In this document: positions 61,000-64,000 of the stretch, in pieces | How the letters are laid out: the number at the start of each line of letters is the position of its first letter | Numbering within the stretch: position 1 is the stretch's first letter | Source: Amoebophrya sp. A120 | Lineage: Eukaryota > Protista > Dinoflagellata | Direction of reading: 5' to 3' | Assembly: GCA_905178155.1 (NCBI GenBank) | Contig: CAJINV010000003.1 | Coordinates: forward strand, 1,962,395 to 2,026,394 | DNA: 64,000 nt | Notes under the pieces: generated by a model | Seen by the model: the letters and a program-made list of their open reading frames with translations, nothing else | Database searches by the model: none | What the model was told of the DNA's origin: nothing | Program-made: the position numbers and the translations under genes

Positions 61000-62224
61000 C
61001 TTGCTTCTTCGCGAGGAGGGCGGGCGGGGGGCTGAAACTAACTAAGGCGTAAAAGAATGGTCAATAAATTTCTTTCGAAAGTAACCAGTTTGTTACAACT
61101 TAGTCTTAGCATTAAAAGCGCTTGAAGTAAACGTGCTTTTTGTCGGTCTCGTCAAAAATACCGGCAACGCCATGGTGCACGTGGGTCGTGATCATCATGG
61201 AACGAATAAAAATATTTCATTTGGGACAATAAAACAATCATGTAGCACAGGGTATCGAATTGGGAAGATGATGGGTGTCACAGTGGCGTTTGGCTTGCTA
61301 GGCCACTGTTGCAAATGAGAGGATGAACGTGAAAAAGAAAATCTGAGTATATTAAATAATTCTGCCGTCATGCCGGCTGAAAAAGAGCGAGCAGTGGCGC
61401 CTAGGTGCACGATGAAGCAGACGTTTCTTATCAACAAGCACGAGTTGCAGGACGAATCAAAAAGCGCAGCACGATACCGAGTCAGATTGTTCTTCGTCAC
61501 TTTCTGCTGAATTGTTCTTGATCAGTACGACTGCAGACCGACAATTTTAGTCTTGCCTTTGGCTTTGCGCCATGGTTATTCGCATATTAAAACCGATTTT
61601 GACAATTAACCACTGGATTGCAAACAAAGAGTAGTTCATTTTCATAGATAGACCGAATTTCACGAATGAAATACTGGAGAAGTGCCAGAAAATCGGAATA
61701 GATACGAACGCCAATGGTCTCCCATTTCGGAAGATCATAGGCACTCGCCACTTGAGAAAGCGCTTGATTTAGATACCGCCTTGATTGCAGTATAGAAACG
61801 TCGCATCGCTCAATCCTTATTTCTCCGCATATTTCCGTCCATGAGGACATGCATCATGCTACTTGCGATTGCGCATCATGAGTTAAATACCTGCACTGTT
61901 ACTCTCGCATCATCAGATATGCATCTTTAGGTGTAGCAAGTATTCGTGTCAAACGATAGTACGCACTCGAATAAATCAATGCCCATATTATCAGTAATTT
62001 TCTTGTAGCCCGCATGCAGCTCGGTCCTGAAACAAGTCAAACAGCATCACAAACAAAGCTCGATGTACAATCACAAGTCAAATTGTTGAAGCCTTCAGCA
62101 AGCAAGTTCGCCCGGAAACAGGGCGCACCCCAAAAAAACAAAACTGAAAGAAACCATCAAACAAAGTCAAATCAAATCAAATTCACAAAATGTGCATCAC
62201 CCGAACGGCTGAATCCGTATCTTT

Positions 62225-64000
62225 TTACTTGAGTCCCGGCCGGGTTGTCGAGAATGAATACTCAGCGCTCCGCATACGATTCGTCTGGCTCGCGTTGTAC
62301 AGCTGTGCGTGGTGTGCAGCGGCAGAAAGACCGCGCCTGGAGACTACGGCTCTATTGAGAGAGTCCATCTGGGCATCCAGTATTTCCTGCATTCTGGCAC
62401 CAATCCTCTCCATTTCCAAAAGCCGCTCCCGGCGCGTCAAAGGCTGACGTCGTTTTGTAGATTCGTTGTCGTTCGGCTGATGTCGCGGAAAACAGTGCGA
62501 TTACGTATACCTCTTGCTATTCCATTGGAAAACCGCAAAATCAAATTAATCTATACGAGAAAAAACGCCTGCGGAAATGTATGTAGGTATACCTTTTCTG
62601 GGTCGTCGGCATCCCCACCCGCATCGCCAGCAGCACCACCAGCCCCCTTTTTCGGGGTTCGGAGGTTGTCACTTACAGCTGATGTCGCGCTGCCGGCGAC
62701 TTCAGTCGACGCAGTTGCCCCACGACTGGCAGTTGGTGGTACCAGAAGCAGCCGAAATTCATCCTCGTCTTTGTCTTTCTCGTTCCCTCTAGTACCGCCC
62801 CGACGCGGTGGCGTCGAGGAGGCCAGTCGCTGCTTGAACTCTGGACTACGCAGTTGCCGCTCGATCCGGGATATCAAATGTAAAAATGTCTGGGTCTGGA
62901 AGATTCTGAGACTTGTCATGCACGTTTTGCATGGGCCATGATGTCTGTGATGCATGCCCTAGCGTCACAGACTTTTTGAGGGCTCTGCGATGCCTATTCC
63001 GCATGGCAAATGGAAATGCCCTCACCGCGTAGCCAAAATTGCATTCCCTTTGCTACTTATGCAATACAGATTTTTTTGGAATCCAAATGCAGCATCACAA
63101 GTTCGGATTCTTCCAGACCCGGACATTTTTGCATTTGATACGGGACTCGACGCCGGACTTCAACGTGGCCACAGCTTGCTGCTGCCTCGGCGTGGACATC
63201 GATACTGTCGCTGACTCCGACAAGAGCAGGCCTTTGCTTCGTGATCCTCGCAGCGTGGTCGCATTATCGCTCTTCTCCTCTGATGCTCCTGGCTGAGGAT
63301 TTTTCTCTTGTTCACCTGCAACTACTCCCGCTGGGTCTGCCTCTGTATTTCCTCCTCTGGATTTGTTCTTTTGCGGGGGAGTGCTTTTGACGAACTGCGC
63401 CGGTTGTCCAGATCTTCGTGTAGAAGAAGTTCCAGGCGACTCGCCGGCGACCACCATAGAACCACTTCCCGGTGCGCCGGAAGCAGATGGTGCGACCGTG
63501 ACCACGGTATTGATGTTCTGCCACGGATTACTTGCGCTGCTACGAGCCCCGCCCGGACGCGTCGCGCTCCCCGGCCGGGCTCGCGCGTTGCTTGGTGGTT
63601 TATTTCGGGGACCAGGAGGTCTTTGCGGTGCACGGAGGTGTTGCCGCTTGTAGGCTAAAGAGAGACTCGTCGAACAACCAGAATTATCGCCAATATTGCC
63701 CGCTCTCAAAGTGCTCACGGTCACAGTACCTCCGCCGTCGGTACCGTCACGCTGCGGGGCGGAAGCAGAACTGGCTTGCGCGACGACCCCAGCGCCGCTG
63801 CTGCGCGATACTAGAAAAACGCGCGGGCTTGGACTGGCTGCTGCTCGTACTCGCATCGGAGTGGCCGCGGCGCTGCTGGACGAGGGACCACTTTTTATTG
63901 TCGCGCCGCTTGGGGGCAGCACGGAGTAGGGCTGTCGGGCGTCTTTATCCGGCTGACTTTTCAAAAGCTGCCGTTGTAAGTGTCTCGCATAGGGTAGATC
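62225..64000 (-). CDS. 3' part of an unknown low-complexity (S/A/G/P-rich) protein gene; 5' end probably outside the window
   Basis: Three ORF pieces join in frame across element 62872-63140 (VESR|IERQLR) and a GT-AG intron 62444-62592 (DPEK|PLTRRERL). No domain recognised. Confidence 0.6.
62872..63140. mobile_element. TIR intron element, family 1 (269 bp), inverted relative to 3034-3296
   Basis: TIR TATCAAATG(T/C)AAAAATGTC(T/C)GGGTCTGGAAGA; TSD CGGGA; removal restores the frame. Confidence 0.92.

Noticed and set aside
61587-61850. 87-aa ORF upstream of myosin F as a small gene
   Set aside because: The homologous regions near 41500-41800 and 51500-51800 carry indels that break it, and no motif is recognisable.
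3034-63140. Reading the genes as transposon-killed pseudogenes
   Set aside because: Genes with up to seven inserts of differing decay have no other stops or frameshifts and keep intact motor motifs, which is unlikely without selection on the spliced product.
2840-63296. Recurring short peptides in the ORF track (IKCKNVWVWK, FQTQTFLHLI, LPDPDIFAFD) suggesting a small protein family
   Set aside because: They are translations of the family-1 TIR in different frames.

Overview
Eukaryotic, intron-containing DNA with every recognisable gene on the minus strand. It holds a TauE/SafE-family membrane protein, a tandem array of six MyTH4(-FERM) myosin genes (four full length, two cut off before the FERM domain) and the 3' part of an unknown gene. 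The dominant signal is 25 short (149-308 bp) elements with TAT...ATA-type termini, terminal inverted repeats (TIRs) and a 5-bp target-site duplication (TSD). Twenty-four of them sit in coding exons, and removing the element plus one TSD copy restores the reading frame each time. Most cannot be read as GT-AG introns, they occur in both orientations, and several show filled versus empty sites between myosin paralogues. They behave as transposon-derived non-canonical introns (introner-like). This pattern fits a syndinian dinoflagellate such as Amoebophrya, which is an inference. A ~9,987-bp tandem duplication carries two copies of a deleted tyrosine-recombinase-class (DIRS/Ngaro/PAT-like) retroelement with split direct repeats. 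Its ORF reads RT end - RNase H - adenine-MTase-like - macrodomain. All coordinates and alignments were done by eye, and splicing is inferred from frame restoration, not from transcripts.
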